Source: Thermoplasmata archaeon
GTDB lineage: Archaea; Thermoplasmatota; Thermoplasmata; UBA10834
Length of the DNA stretch: 64,000 bases
Direction: 5' to 3'
NCBI GenBank assembly: GCA_041548485.1
Contig: JBFESP010000006.1
Span: 19,895-83,894, forward strand
Below are positions 10,136-19,245 of this stretch, piece by piece; position 1 is the first letter of the stretch; the number at the start of each line of letters is the position of its first letter. The notes beneath the pieces were generated by a model. That model was not told the DNA's origin and did no database searches. It worked only from the letters and a program-made list of their open reading frames with translations. The translations under genes and the position numbers were made by a program.

Positions 10136-10666
10136 ATGGTAGGCGATGGGATGGGAAAGGTTTTCGAGCGCGAGCTCAAGGGCATTCTGAATGCGAACCG
10201 GGAGATTCTGGCTAGGGTCACGAAGACCTGCAGCCCGGAGGAGAGGTCAGGCTACCAGAAGATCAACGACAAACCGTTCATGGTCATACGGGGTGCGGGG
10301 TCGCTCGGGGTGGACCTTGTAGCCATAAGGGAAGGGCTGTCCCTCCCGATCGAGGTGAAGAGCTCCACGAGCGCTGTGCTTCGGTTCAGCAGGAGCGAGA
10401 AACTAGCCATCCAGGCACAAGAGATGATCGATGGCTGCAAACGGGTTGGGCTGATGCCCATCTACGCTTTCAGACATAAGGGGCAGCGCGGAGACGCCTG
10501 GAGGATATTCACCCTTGAGATAGGGCCGGTCAACGGACGTCTCAGGTTCATCTACGAGCGGCTCCCGAAGATTGAGCCTTCGCGTGAGGGCAACCTCATC
10601 ATGCGCTGGAAGGACGGGATGCCGTTGAGCAAGTTCATCGATTACATCGTATCGATACAGTCGTGA
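10136..10666 (+). CDS. hjc: Holliday junction resolvase Hjc-like nuclease
   Basis: Conserved Hjc pattern G..FERELkgiL ... VIRgaGS ... DLVAIREG ... IEVKSS (restriction-endonuclease-like fold), with an extended C-terminus. Confidence 0.65.
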   Translation: MVGDGMGKVFERELKGILNANREILARVTKTCSPEERSGYQKINDKPFMVIRGAGSLGVDLVAIREGLSLPIEVKSSTSAVLRFSRSEKLAIQAQEMIDGCKRVGLMPIYAFRHKGQRGDAWRIFTLEIGPVNGRLRFIYERLPKIEPSREGNLIMRWKDGMPLSKFIDYIVSIQS

Positions 10667-10717
10667 CCGCGACAACGGACGGCCCGAAGGGCATCCTCAC
10701 GGCCGAAAAGATGCGGC

Positions 10718-11305
10718 GTGGGATACTTATGTGAGTGCTTCCATCCACTGGGAAGAGGGAATGATTTGGGCAAGACAGAAGAGAATCTCAAGGCGGCTCT
10801 GGCTGGGGAGTCCCAGGCTAGGGCCAAGTACATGAAGTGGGCCGGTGCGGCCAAGAAGGAGGGCCACCAGGCCATAGCCAAGATTTTTGAGGAGACGGCG
10901 GACAACGAGTACGAGCATGCCGCCATGATCATGAAGCTGCTTGGCGTGGTCGGAACGACAGAGGAGAACCTGATGGAGGCCGTCAAGGGGGAGACCTACG
11001 AGTGGACGGAGATGTACCCGACCTTCGCCAAGGAGGCGCGGGAGGAAGGGAAGGCCGAGGAGGCGAAGTACTTCGAGCATGTCATCGTAAGCGAGAAACA
11101 CCATGCCAAGAGGTATCAGCTGCTTCTCGACCGCCTGAGGAACGGCACGCTCTACAAGTCCGAGAAGGAGGAGGTGTGGTTCTGCACCAACTGCGGATAT
11201 CTGCACAAGGGGATGGAAGCGCTTGACGAGTGCCCGAACTGCAAGCATCCGAAGGGATACTTCAAGAGGATCTCGGACATCGACTACGGCAGCATAGACA
11301 TCTGA
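10718..11305 (+). CDS. rbr: Rubrerythrin
   Basis: Di-iron ferritin-like domain with ExxH motifs plus a C-terminal rubredoxin-like CxxC...CxxC. The true start is probably the TTG at about 10766, just after a GGAAGAGGG RBS. Confidence 0.85.
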   Translation: MGYLCECFHPLGRGNDLGKTEENLKAALAGESQARAKYMKWAGAAKKEGHQAIAKIFEETADNEYEHAAMIMKLLGVVGTTEENLMEAVKGETYEWTEMYPTFAKEAREEGKAEEAKYFEHVIVSEKHHAKRYQLLLDRLRNGTLYKSEKEEVWFCTNCGYLHKGMEALDECPNCKHPKGYFKRISDIDYGSIDI

Positions 11306-11554
11306 CCGCCGAAGCCGACGACGGTTCAAGCGGGTCTGTGAGTCCCGTCCTTCTCGACGTCCAGCACGAGCGTGCTCGCTCAGATTCAGCGGTCGTTGGG
11401 TACGGGGGACGTGTGAGAGGGGCGCCTTGCGGCGCCGATGCCGTATCAGCACTCATAGGGCTCATCACAGGGCGTTGCGCCCTCAGCTGACCCTCTTCTC
11501 ATCACTTGCCCGGAACATCGCGGTTCACGTATATCGGCAGTTCGATGTCAGGGG

Positions 11555-12238
11555 GTGCCCCGTGGAAACCGATTATATAGTCGGTCTGTCGTGAGTACCG
11601 ACGTGGAGCCCATCACCGACAACATCTTGATATTCTTCGGCATCGCCATACTCATCTCCTTCTCAGGAGTCATGATGCCAGGTCCGGTCTTCGCTGCGGC
11701 AGTGGCGAAAGGGTACGAGAACGAGAAGGCCGGGATCAAAGTGGCCCTCGGGCACGGTATCGTCGAGTTCCCACTGATGGCGCTGATCATACTGAGCGTG
11801 GGATACGTATTCACGGACGACCGGGTCATGGCGCTGATCGGTCTCGTCGGTGGAGGACTCCTCATATTCCTTGGAACGTCGATGTTCAGGTCTCGCAAGA
11901 TGGCCATGGACGACGGCGGGGGGATGTTTCCGTACAAACCTCTCGCCGCGGGCGCCATCACAACCTCCGCCAACCCGTACTTCTTCCTGTGGTGGGCCAC
12001 GGTCGGCGCTGTCCTCGTAACGACCGCGATGGAGTTCGGAGTCGTCGTGGTGCTGGTGTTCGCCGTCGTGCACTGGAGCTGCGACCTTGCATGGTACACG
12101 TTCACCACGTTCGCCGTTTTCAGGACGAAGCACCTGTGGACACCGACGGTGCACGAGGTCGTGTTCGGGGCTTGTGGCGCGCTGATGGTCGTGTTCGGCG
12201 TGTACTTCATCCTAGGGCCGGCGAGCGAGATTCTCTGA
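11555..12238 (+). CDS. LysE/RhtB-family amino-acid exporter
   Basis: Six TM helices. LysE-type motif near the N-terminus (MPGPVFAAAVAKG). Confidence 0.75.
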   Translation: MPRGNRLYSRSVVSTDVEPITDNILIFFGIAILISFSGVMMPGPVFAAAVAKGYENEKAGIKVALGHGIVEFPLMALIILSVGYVFTDDRVMALIGLVGGGLLIFLGTSMFRSRKMAMDDGGGMFPYKPLAAGAITTSANPYFFLWWATVGAVLVTTAMEFGVVVVLVFAVVHWSCDLAWYTFTTFAVFRTKHLWTPTVHEVVFGACGALMVVFGVYFILGPASEIL

Positions 12239-12256
12239 CCCTGCGTCTAAGAATGT

Positions 12257-13168
12257 TCAGTCCTGTCTCCCAGCCTCTAGCATCCTCTCAAGAGGGACCC
12301 TCGCCTTAGCGATGACGTCGTCCGACATCTCGACCTTGTGCCGGGATTCGAGAAGCGCGTCACGCACGTTCTCAAGCGTTATCGCTCTCATGTTCGGACA
12401 TACCGCGGCATCGACCGCGTAGAACACCTTCCCAGGAGCCTCCTTCCTGAGCCTGTGGTTCATGTTGGCCTCGGTGCCGATGATGAACTCTCTCCGCGGG
12501 GATGAGACGACATGCCTGATGATCCCCTCTGTGGAGTACGCGAAGTCCGCGAAGTCGATCACATCGGGCGTGCACTCCGGATGCACGAGGACTTCCGCAT
12601 CTGGATGCGTGGATTTCAACTCCTTCAGGTCGTCCACGTGGATGTCCACGTGGGTGGGACAGTATCCTGGCCAGAGCATCAGCTCCTTGTCCTTCACATA
12701 CCGCTGGACATACAAGCCCAGGTTGGAATCGGGCACGAAGATGATCTTCTCGTCCTGGAGCGATCTCACGACCTTGACGGCGTTGGCAGACGTACAACAT
12801 ATGTCGGTCTCGCACTTCACGGCGGCGCTGGTGTTGACGTACGACACGACGGGCACTCCAGGGTTCTCCGCCTTGAAACCTCTCAGCCCCTCGACATCGA
12901 CCATCGCCGCCATCGGACACATCGACTTCAGGTTCGGCAGCAGCACGGTCTTCTTCGGGTTGAGTATCTTCGCCGACTCCGCCATGAAGTCGACCCCGCA
13001 GAACACGATCGTGTCCGCCTCGACCTTCGTTGCCTGGACCGAGAGGCCATAGGAGTCTCCCAGGAAGTCGGATATGTCCTGTACCTCCTTCCGCTGGTAG
13101 TTGTGACCGAGTATGACCGCGCTCCTGTCCTTCTTAAGCTGGAGAATATCTTCCTGAAGGGCGTTCAT
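12257..13168 (-). CDS. nadA: Quinolinate synthase
   Basis: 303 aa. Conserved NadA segments (AVILGHNYQ, CGVDFMAES, VSYVNTSA). Confidence 0.9.
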   Translation of the reverse strand: MNALQEDILQLKKDRSAVILGHNYQRKEVQDISDFLGDSYGLSVQATKVEADTIVFCGVDFMAESAKILNPKKTVLLPNLKSMCPMAAMVDVEGLRGFKAENPGVPVVSYVNTSAAVKCETDICCTSANAVKVVRSLQDEKIIFVPDSNLGLYVQRYVKDKELMLWPGYCPTHVDIHVDDLKELKSTHPDAEVLVHPECTPDVIDFADFAYSTEGIIRHVVSSPRREFIIGTEANMNHRLRKEAPGKVFYAVDAAVCPNMRAITLENVRDALLESRHKVEMSDDVIAKARVPLERMLEAGRQD

Positions 13169-13385
13169 TGTCTCCGTTCCCCGCCTATCCTAATGGTCGT
13201 ATTAATTACTTCGCGTGGACGACCGATAGGCGACTGGCGTCCGCGGAAGGAAAGGGAGGGGCCGCCAGGATACGCGGCCTGAGCGAGAACCAGTCAGACT
13301 TCCGCCAGAGGCGTCACCTGATTGGACGTGTTCATCGCTGCGCTGTCAAAGCCGCGCGATGTGCGTTATCCAGCATCCGAGTTAG

Positions 13386-13399
13386 CGATTTATTTTATG
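13386..13399 (+). promoter_or_regulatory. TATA box/BRE of kor operon promoter (TTTATTTTATG)
   Basis: AT-rich TATA-like element about 45-60 nt upstream of the korD start codon, in an otherwise 60% GC region. Confidence 0.45.
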
Positions 13400-13446
13400 T
13401 CAAATAGATTCAAATATGAACCACCCAATTGACAGAGTGGTGTCGG

Positions 13447-13713
13447 ATGAGACCCGGGATAGATCTTAGATACTGCAAGGGATGCAACATCTGCCTGTAC
13501 ATGTGCCCCAAGAAGTGTTTCTCCGCTGGCGCCGACTTGTCCGTTCAAGGTTACTTCCCGGCGGTCGTGACTGCCCCAGAGAAGTGCTTCAACCACGACC
13601 GTACCGAGAAGCTGGTCTGCGAGCTCTGCGTGCTCGCCTGCCCGGACCAGGCGATTTCGTGGGAGCCCGAGCCTGAAGTGAAGGAGGAGAAGGATGCCGA
13701 TCAAACCGGGTGA
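13447..13713 (+). CDS. korD: 2-oxoacid:ferredoxin oxidoreductase delta subunit (2x[4Fe-4S] ferredoxin)
   Basis: Two CxxCxxCxxxCP clusters (CKGCNICLYMCP and CELCVLACP). First gene of the korDABG cluster. Confidence 0.8.
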   Translation: MRPGIDLRYCKGCNICLYMCPKKCFSAGADLSVQGYFPAVVTAPEKCFNHDRTEKLVCELCVLACPDQAISWEPEPEVKEEKDADQTG

Positions 13714-14824
13714 GTACTTCCTCCAAGGCAACGAGGCGTGCACCGAAGCATCGATCGTGGCAGGTCTGAAGTTCTTCGCGGGATATCCCATCACTCCTTC
13801 CACGGAGATCGCCGAAGGACTCTCCAGCAAGCTCCCTCAGACGGAAGGGGAGTTCATCCAGATGGAGGACGAGATAGCCTGCATATCCGCCGTCATCGGC
13901 GCCTCATGGGGGGGCGCCAAGTCGATGACCGCCACTTCAGGTCCTGGTTTCTCGCTAATGCAGGAGGCGGTCGGGTACGCCGCAATGACGGAGACGCCGG
14001 TAGTCATCGTCAACGTCATGCGCGGAGGACCATCCACGGGCCAGCCCACGAGGGCGTCCCAGGGGGACGTCATGGCTACGAAGTACGGCTCTCACGGCGA
14101 CTACCAGGTCATCGCATTCGCTCCGGCCAGCGTGCAGGAGATGTTCGACCTCACGGTGAAGGCGTTCAACTACTCGGAGAAGTACCGTGTGCCAACCTTC
14201 GTCCTGTCGGACGCCGAGGTCGGCCACATGAGAGGACTTCTGACGGTCCCGAAGGACATCAAGATAGTCAACCGCAAGGAGAAGGGCGTCCGGCGAGCAG
14301 ACGAGGCGTACGACGTTCCGGACGATATGGTCCCCCCGTTCCCCACCTTCGGCAGGGGCCACAAGGCAACCGTGACGGGGATCACGCACACGCCCAAGGC
14401 ACGGGCCGAGCCTGAGGACCAGAGGGTCCACCAGGAGCTGGTCGGGCGGTTGAACGACAAGATATCGGCAAACCGACGCGACATCAACAAGTGGGAGGTC
14501 ATAGGTCCCGACTCGAAGACCATGATAGTCTCCTACGGTTCGGCCTCGTTCGGCGGACGCGAAGTCGCGGCTGGAGACGACAAGGTAGGGCTCCTGAGAC
14601 TCAAGAGTCTATGGCCCCTCCCTGTCGAACCCATCCGGGAGGTGGCGGAGAAGTGCGAACAGCTGCTGGTGTGCGAGATGAACCTCGGACAACTGTTCTG
14701 GGAGATCAAACGAGTCGCCTTGGAGGCTGGGTGTAAGAGGATCGAACTCCTGGCAAAGATCGGGGGAACCCCACCCACACCGGGAGAGGTAAGGCACAAA
14801 CTCAGAGAGATGGGGGTGATCTGA
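13694..14824 (+). CDS. korA: 2-oxoacid:ferredoxin oxidoreductase alpha subunit
   Basis: 376 aa. POR/KOR alpha N-terminal domain. Strong AAGGAGGA RBS precedes the ATG. Confidence 0.9.
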   Translation: MPIKPGEYFLQGNEACTEASIVAGLKFFAGYPITPSTEIAEGLSSKLPQTEGEFIQMEDEIACISAVIGASWGGAKSMTATSGPGFSLMQEAVGYAAMTETPVVIVNVMRGGPSTGQPTRASQGDVMATKYGSHGDYQVIAFAPASVQEMFDLTVKAFNYSEKYRVPTFVLSDAEVGHMRGLLTVPKDIKIVNRKEKGVRRADEAYDVPDDMVPPFPTFGRGHKATVTGITHTPKARAEPEDQRVHQELVGRLNDKISANRRDINKWEVIGPDSKTMIVSYGSASFGGREVAAGDDKVGLLRLKSLWPLPVEPIREVAEKCEQLLVCEMNLGQLFWEIKRVALEAGCKRIELLAKIGGTPPTPGEVRHKLREMGVI

Positions 14825-15642
14825 TGGAGTTGTTCGAATTCTACGATCGGACTCGATGGCCTCACGTCTTCTGCCCGGGCTGCGGGAACGGTACCGTGAT
14901 GAACTGCTTCTTCAGGGCGTTCAACGAGACCGGCTGGAAGCTCGACAACACGGTGTTCGTGAGCGGGATAGGCTGCTCGTCGAGGATCCCGCTGTACATC
15001 AACTCGGATGCCATACACACCACCCATGGCAGGGCGGTCGCGGTCGCAACGGGTCTGAAGCTAGCCCGGCCAGAGTTGGACGTCGTAGTGTTCACCGGAG
15101 ACGGCGACCTCGGTGCGATAGGCGGCAACCACTTCATCAACGGATGCAGAAGAAATGTCGATCTCGACGTCATCTGCATCAACAACAACATCTACGGCAT
15201 GACGGGCGGCCAAGCGTCCATCACGACCCCGCACGACTACATGTCCACGACGACGCCGTTCGGCAACAAGGAATATCCTTTCGACCTAGCTGAGATCGCG
15301 GTCGCCGCGGGAGCGAACTACGTCGCGAGATGGACCACCAGGCACGTCCACGAGCTGACGAAATCGATCAAAGCCTCCCTCGACAAGAAGGGGTTCAACT
15401 TCGTCGAGGTGGTGTCGCAGTGTCCCACCAACTTCGGCAGGAGGAACAACATGGCGGACCCCACTGCCCTCCTGGACTGGTTCAAGGAGAGCTCGGTTCG
15501 GAGGGACAAGGCGCGCGCCGCCGCACTCGACCATGTCGACCTCAACCTCGCGGGACAGATAACGACGGGCGAGTTCGTGTGCAGGGACCGTGAATGCTAC
15601 CACGAACGCAAAGGAGGAAAACCTCATGGAGATAGGCATTAG
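14824..15642 (+). CDS. korB: 2-oxoacid:ferredoxin oxidoreductase beta subunit (TPP-binding)
   Basis: TPP-binding GDGD motif (FTGDGDLGAIGGNH) and CPGCG N-terminal Cys cluster. Confidence 0.9.
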   Translation: MELFEFYDRTRWPHVFCPGCGNGTVMNCFFRAFNETGWKLDNTVFVSGIGCSSRIPLYINSDAIHTTHGRAVAVATGLKLARPELDVVVFTGDGDLGAIGGNHFINGCRRNVDLDVICINNNIYGMTGGQASITTPHDYMSTTTPFGNKEYPFDLAEIAVAAGANYVARWTTRHVHELTKSIKASLDKKGFNFVEVVSQCPTNFGRRNNMADPTALLDWFKESSVRRDKARAAALDHVDLNLAGQITTGEFVCRDRECYHERKGGKPHGDRH

Positions 15643-16207
15643 GTTCACGGGATTCGGGGGGCAGGGGGTCATCCTCATGGGGATAGTGCTCGCCAGGGCC
15701 GCGGCGCTGCACGACCAGCCGGTAGGCCCCGACGGCAAGGTGAGGAGGAAGAGCGCCATACAAACGCAGTCCTACGGCCCTTCCGCCAGGGGAGGACATT
15801 CGAAGTGCGACGTGAAGATATCCACCGAGCCGATGCACTACCCGTTCATCGAGATACCCGATTTCCTCGTCGTCATGTCCAGACAGGGATACGACAAGTA
15901 CATCCACGACGTCAAACCCGAAACCAAGATAATCATAGACCCAGACCTCATCAAGGAGAGGCCCAGCGGACACGTCTTCCGAATCAAGGCGACGAAGTCC
16001 GCCGAGGAGCTCGGGACGAGAATCGTTGCCAACGTGGTCATGCTCGGAGCCATGAGGGAGATCTCCAACATCGTGACATACGAGGCACTCGAGAAGGCGA
16101 TGCTCGAGATCGTACCCAGGGCGACCCACGACCTGAATAAGAGCGCCCTCAGCCTGGGGCGCAGGCTCGCTAGAGAGGCCGTCCACGGCGCCGAGGACAA
16201 GGATTAA
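15626..16207 (+). CDS. korG: 2-oxoacid:ferredoxin oxidoreductase gamma subunit
   Basis: FTGFGGQGVILMG motif typical of the POR gamma domain. Start at MEIGIRF overlaps the korB end. Confidence 0.85.
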   Translation: MEIGIRFTGFGGQGVILMGIVLARAAALHDQPVGPDGKVRRKSAIQTQSYGPSARGGHSKCDVKISTEPMHYPFIEIPDFLVVMSRQGYDKYIHDVKPETKIIIDPDLIKERPSGHVFRIKATKSAEELGTRIVANVVMLGAMREISNIVTYEALEKAMLEIVPRATHDLNKSALSLGRRLAREAVHGAEDKD

Positions 16208-16231
16208 GGGCGGATATGCAGATGGAGACCG

Positions 16232-16897
16232 ATGGGGTATGAGGCTATGACGGTGGAGTCAGTCCTGAAGGAGGGGCGGAAGGCCCTCGCGGAGAACGAG
16301 GTGAAGATGCTGCTCCGCGAGTCGGGCATCCCCACCACCGATTTCCAGGTGGTCAGCTCCTATCGCGACATAGAGCAGAAGAAGCTGAAGTTCCCCGTCG
16401 TCATGAAGGTGTGCTCACCCACCATCCTCCACAAGACGGATGTCGGCGGTGTGGTGCTAGACATCCCGAGGGACCAGCTTGAGACCGAGTTCTCGAAGAT
16501 GAGGAAGAAGTTCGAGAAGGAACCGATACTCGTCGAGTCGATGCAGGACAGACGGGTGGAGGTGATTGTCGGGCTCATAAACGACCCGACCTTCGGCCTG
16601 ACGATCATGTTCGGCCTGGGCGGGATCTACACCGAAGTCTACAAGGATGTGACCTTCAGGGTCGTCCCGATAAAGAAGCAGGACGCGGAGGAGATGCTCA
16701 GCGAGATCAAGGCCGCGCCCATACTCGAGGGGTTCCGCAAGATCAAGGTGGACAGGGAGGCCCTGGTGAACCTCCTGCTCAAGGTGTCCTCGCTCGGGAT
16801 GAAACACATGGACCATCTCGACCAGATGGATCTCAACCCCGTCTTCGTCAAGGCGAAAGGTGTCGTCGTTGTGGACGCGAAGATGCTTCTGAAGTAG
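16232..16897 (+). CDS. acdB: Acetyl-CoA synthetase (ADP-forming) beta subunit (ATP-grasp)
   Basis: 221 aa ATP-grasp domain typical of ACD beta (KSE...FPVVMKV...DVGGV). Confidence 0.8.
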   Translation: MGYEAMTVESVLKEGRKALAENEVKMLLRESGIPTTDFQVVSSYRDIEQKKLKFPVVMKVCSPTILHKTDVGGVVLDIPRDQLETEFSKMRKKFEKEPILVESMQDRRVEVIVGLINDPTFGLTIMFGLGGIYTEVYKDVTFRVVPIKKQDAEEMLSEIKAAPILEGFRKIKVDREALVNLLLKVSSLGMKHMDHLDQMDLNPVFVKAKGVVVVDAKMLLK

Positions 16898-17012
16898 ACG
16901 ACGTATCGGCCTCACGGCGACGCCAGAACCGTCGACCAACAGTTAAATAGAGAGACCTCACGTACTGGCCCTCGCGCATCCTGGCTGCCGCCAGGAGACG
17001 CGGAGAGGCATC

Positions 17013-17420
17013 TTGGACATGGGCGACGCCAGAGAGGAAACGGCCAACGGTCACTTTGAGTGCACCGAGGCCGAGCGAGCGGCCTTCGAGGCCGGAATCA
17101 AGATGGGGACGATCTACCACCAGTTCGTCGGAGTACCCGTGAGCTCCGACAGCGTCGAGACGCTGGAGAGGGCCATGGAGGCTGGGTGCAGCGTCCAGCC
17201 GTTCGTCGAGAGCGTCAAGGTGAGGATCGACAGGAAGAAACTGAAGAGCAAGCGCGGGCAGTTCGACTACGTCTCCCTCACGGGTGAGATGCTGGGCGTC
17301 GACCTCGTGGTCGCATACAAGGGATCTCGCGTGGAGGCGCAGATGAAGTACATCGAGGAAATGGACTATCCCTTGATGTTCATCAGGCATGTGGAGAGGG
17401 GACAGCCGGAACATGCGTGA
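17013..17420 (+). CDS. mptD: Putative archaeal dihydroneopterin aldolase (MptD family)
   Basis: Resemblance to the MptD/DUF381 core (ERAAFEAGIKMGTIYHQFVGVPVS). Assignment is from memory of the family, not a search. Confidence 0.45.
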   Translation: MDMGDAREETANGHFECTEAERAAFEAGIKMGTIYHQFVGVPVSSDSVETLERAMEAGCSVQPFVESVKVRIDRKKLKSKRGQFDYVSLTGEMLGVDLVVAYKGSRVEAQMKYIEEMDYPLMFIRHVERGQPEHA

Positions 17421-17473
17421 GACCCGTCCGAAGCCAGCGCCAGGAGAGACCCCCAGTGAAGATTTATGATATG

Positions 17474-17486
17474 CGTTATATATTTG
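17474..17486 (+). promoter_or_regulatory. TATA box (GTTATATATTTG) for NTPase-trm1 transcript
   Basis: Strong AT-rich TATA about 45 nt upstream of ATG 17530. Confidence 0.5.
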
Positions 17487-17529
17487 AAAAGCCATACCCG
17501 GGCCAGCATTTCAAGCATTAGGTGAACCC

Positions 17530-18075
17530 ATGGCGAGAGGTATCAAGGTAGGCATAACTGGACTCCCTGGAGCGGGAAAGACCCAGGCCCTCGTCAAGGT
17601 CATCGAGATGCTGGAAGAGGAGGGGTTGGTGGTCGGCGGCATGATCACCGAGCCGATCATGGAGAACGGCAAGCGAGTCGGCTTCTACGTGATGGACTGG
17701 AAGACCAAGAAGAAGGCTGTGTTCGCGCACATAGACACCGAATCCAAGTTCTACGTCGGCAAGTACGGCGTCAACCTGGAATCCCTGGACACGGTTGGCG
17801 TCGAGGCGTTGGTGGACTCCAGCAGGAACGCCGACGTCATAGTGATAGACGAAGTGGGCAAGATGGAGGTCGAGTCGGAGCAGTTCGTGAAGGCCGTCAA
17901 GAACGCGATGGAGGTCGACAAGCCCATGATCCTGACACTCCACAAGAAATCCAGGAACCCGCTGCTCCAGGACATACGTCGCAGGGACGACGTCCGCATC
18001 CTGGAGGTCACCCCGATCAACAGGAACCTCCTGCCCTACAAGATCATCAAGCTGATGAAGGGCGAGTACCTTTGA
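17530..18075 (+). CDS. Nucleoside-triphosphatase, THEP1/MJ1559 family
   Basis: P-loop GITGLPGAGKT and Walker B VIVIDEVG. Size and architecture match archaeal NTPase_1. Confidence 0.75.
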   Translation: MARGIKVGITGLPGAGKTQALVKVIEMLEEEGLVVGGMITEPIMENGKRVGFYVMDWKTKKKAVFAHIDTESKFYVGKYGVNLESLDTVGVEALVDSSRNADVIVIDEVGKMEVESEQFVKAVKNAMEVDKPMILTLHKKSRNPLLQDIRRRDDVRILEVTPINRNLLPYKIIKLMKGEYL

Positions 18076-19205
18076 AACATGCTGAGATACGTGAGGGGTC
18101 GACCAGGCTGCTCGTCCCTTCGGGCTTCTGCGAGAAGGGACCTGGCAGGAACACTGGAGAGGTGTTCTACAACAGGCAGATGGAATTCGGTAGAGATGTC
18201 TCGGTGATGCTCAGTAGCGTGCTTCTCGATAGAAGATGTCGGGCGCTCGACGGGTTGGCGGCCACGGGGGCTCGAGGAATCAGAATGGCGAACGAGGGCG
18301 GTTCTGGGGCCGTGTTCTTGCTCAACGACAGGAACGAAGAAGCTTTCCGTCTGATGGAGAAGAACATCGAGCTTAACGAGCTGGACTCGAACGTGACAGT
18401 GCGGTGCAGGGACGTTAGGGCGCTCCTGGCGGAGGAACAGTTCGACTACATCGACATCGACCCGTTCGGGACGCCCGTCGATTTCATCGATGCTGCGGTC
18501 CAGGGTTGCAGGACCGGCGGAATCGTCGCGGTGACCGCCACGGACACCGCCCCTTTGTGCGGGACATATCCTAAGACCTCCTCCAGGAGGTACGGTGCGA
18601 GATCCCTCAGGAGCAACTTCTCCCATGAGACCGGACTGCGAATACTCATCGGCTACCTGGCAAGAGAGGCCGCGAAGCACGACCGCGGGTGCGAGCCAGT
18701 GCTGTGCTACAGCGCAGACCACTACCTGCGATGTCACGTCAGAATCGCGAAGGGGGCTAGGAAGGCGGACGACAGCCTAGGCAAGCTGGGATACGCGTCG
18801 TACGACCCGAAGAGCCTGGCGAGAGAGGTTGTGAGCGAGCGGCCGGCCGAGGGTCTCGCTTTCGCGGGTCCGCTGTGGACAGGGGAGCTCCACGACGGTG
18901 ACACGCTGAGGGCGCTCACGCCGGCGGACGACATGGGAACGAAGCGACGGTCCGACAAGATGCTGAGGTTGTGGCTGGGGGAGGTGGGCGCACCTCCGCT
19001 GCATTTCGTCGTGGACGAGCTGGCACAGAGGACACGATCCGAGCCGCCAAGGATGACGACTCTCATCGACAGGATTCGCGAGACGGGGGCCATTGCGGTC
19101 CCCACGCATTTCAATCCCAAGGGTTTCAAGACGGACCTGCCTCTCGACGATATCATCCGACTGTTCTCTGGAACGGGAGGGCGGACCGAGGCACCTCGAA
19201 ATTGA
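18072..19205 (+). CDS. trm1: tRNA (guanine26-N2)-dimethyltransferase
   Basis: 377 aa. Trm1 N-terminal motifs (VFYNRQMEFGRD, SAM-binding region). TTG start overlaps the upstream stop (TTGA). Confidence 0.85.
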   Translation: MKHAEIREGSTRLLVPSGFCEKGPGRNTGEVFYNRQMEFGRDVSVMLSSVLLDRRCRALDGLAATGARGIRMANEGGSGAVFLLNDRNEEAFRLMEKNIELNELDSNVTVRCRDVRALLAEEQFDYIDIDPFGTPVDFIDAAVQGCRTGGIVAVTATDTAPLCGTYPKTSSRRYGARSLRSNFSHETGLRILIGYLAREAAKHDRGCEPVLCYSADHYLRCHVRIAKGARKADDSLGKLGYASYDPKSLAREVVSERPAEGLAFAGPLWTGELHDGDTLRALTPADDMGTKRRSDKMLRLWLGEVGAPPLHFVVDELAQRTRSEPPRMTTLIDRIRETGAIAVPTHFNPKGFKTDLPLDDIIRLFSGTGGRTEAPRN

Positions 19206-19207
19206 AA

Positions 19208-19220
19208 GCTTTAATATCAC
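19208..19220 (+). promoter_or_regulatory. TATA box (GCTTTAATATCAC) giving near-leaderless purA transcript
   Basis: TATA element 26-38 nt upstream of purA ATG 19246. Confidence 0.45.
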
Positions 19221-19245
19221 GCCTGGCCATGACCAGACCGATACA

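Noticed and set aside
13168-13407. 79-aa ORF in the nadA/korD divergent promoter region
   Set aside because: It lies in the AT-rich promoter spacer, has no RBS or TATA in the appropriate position, and the peptide is Arg-rich and low-complexity.
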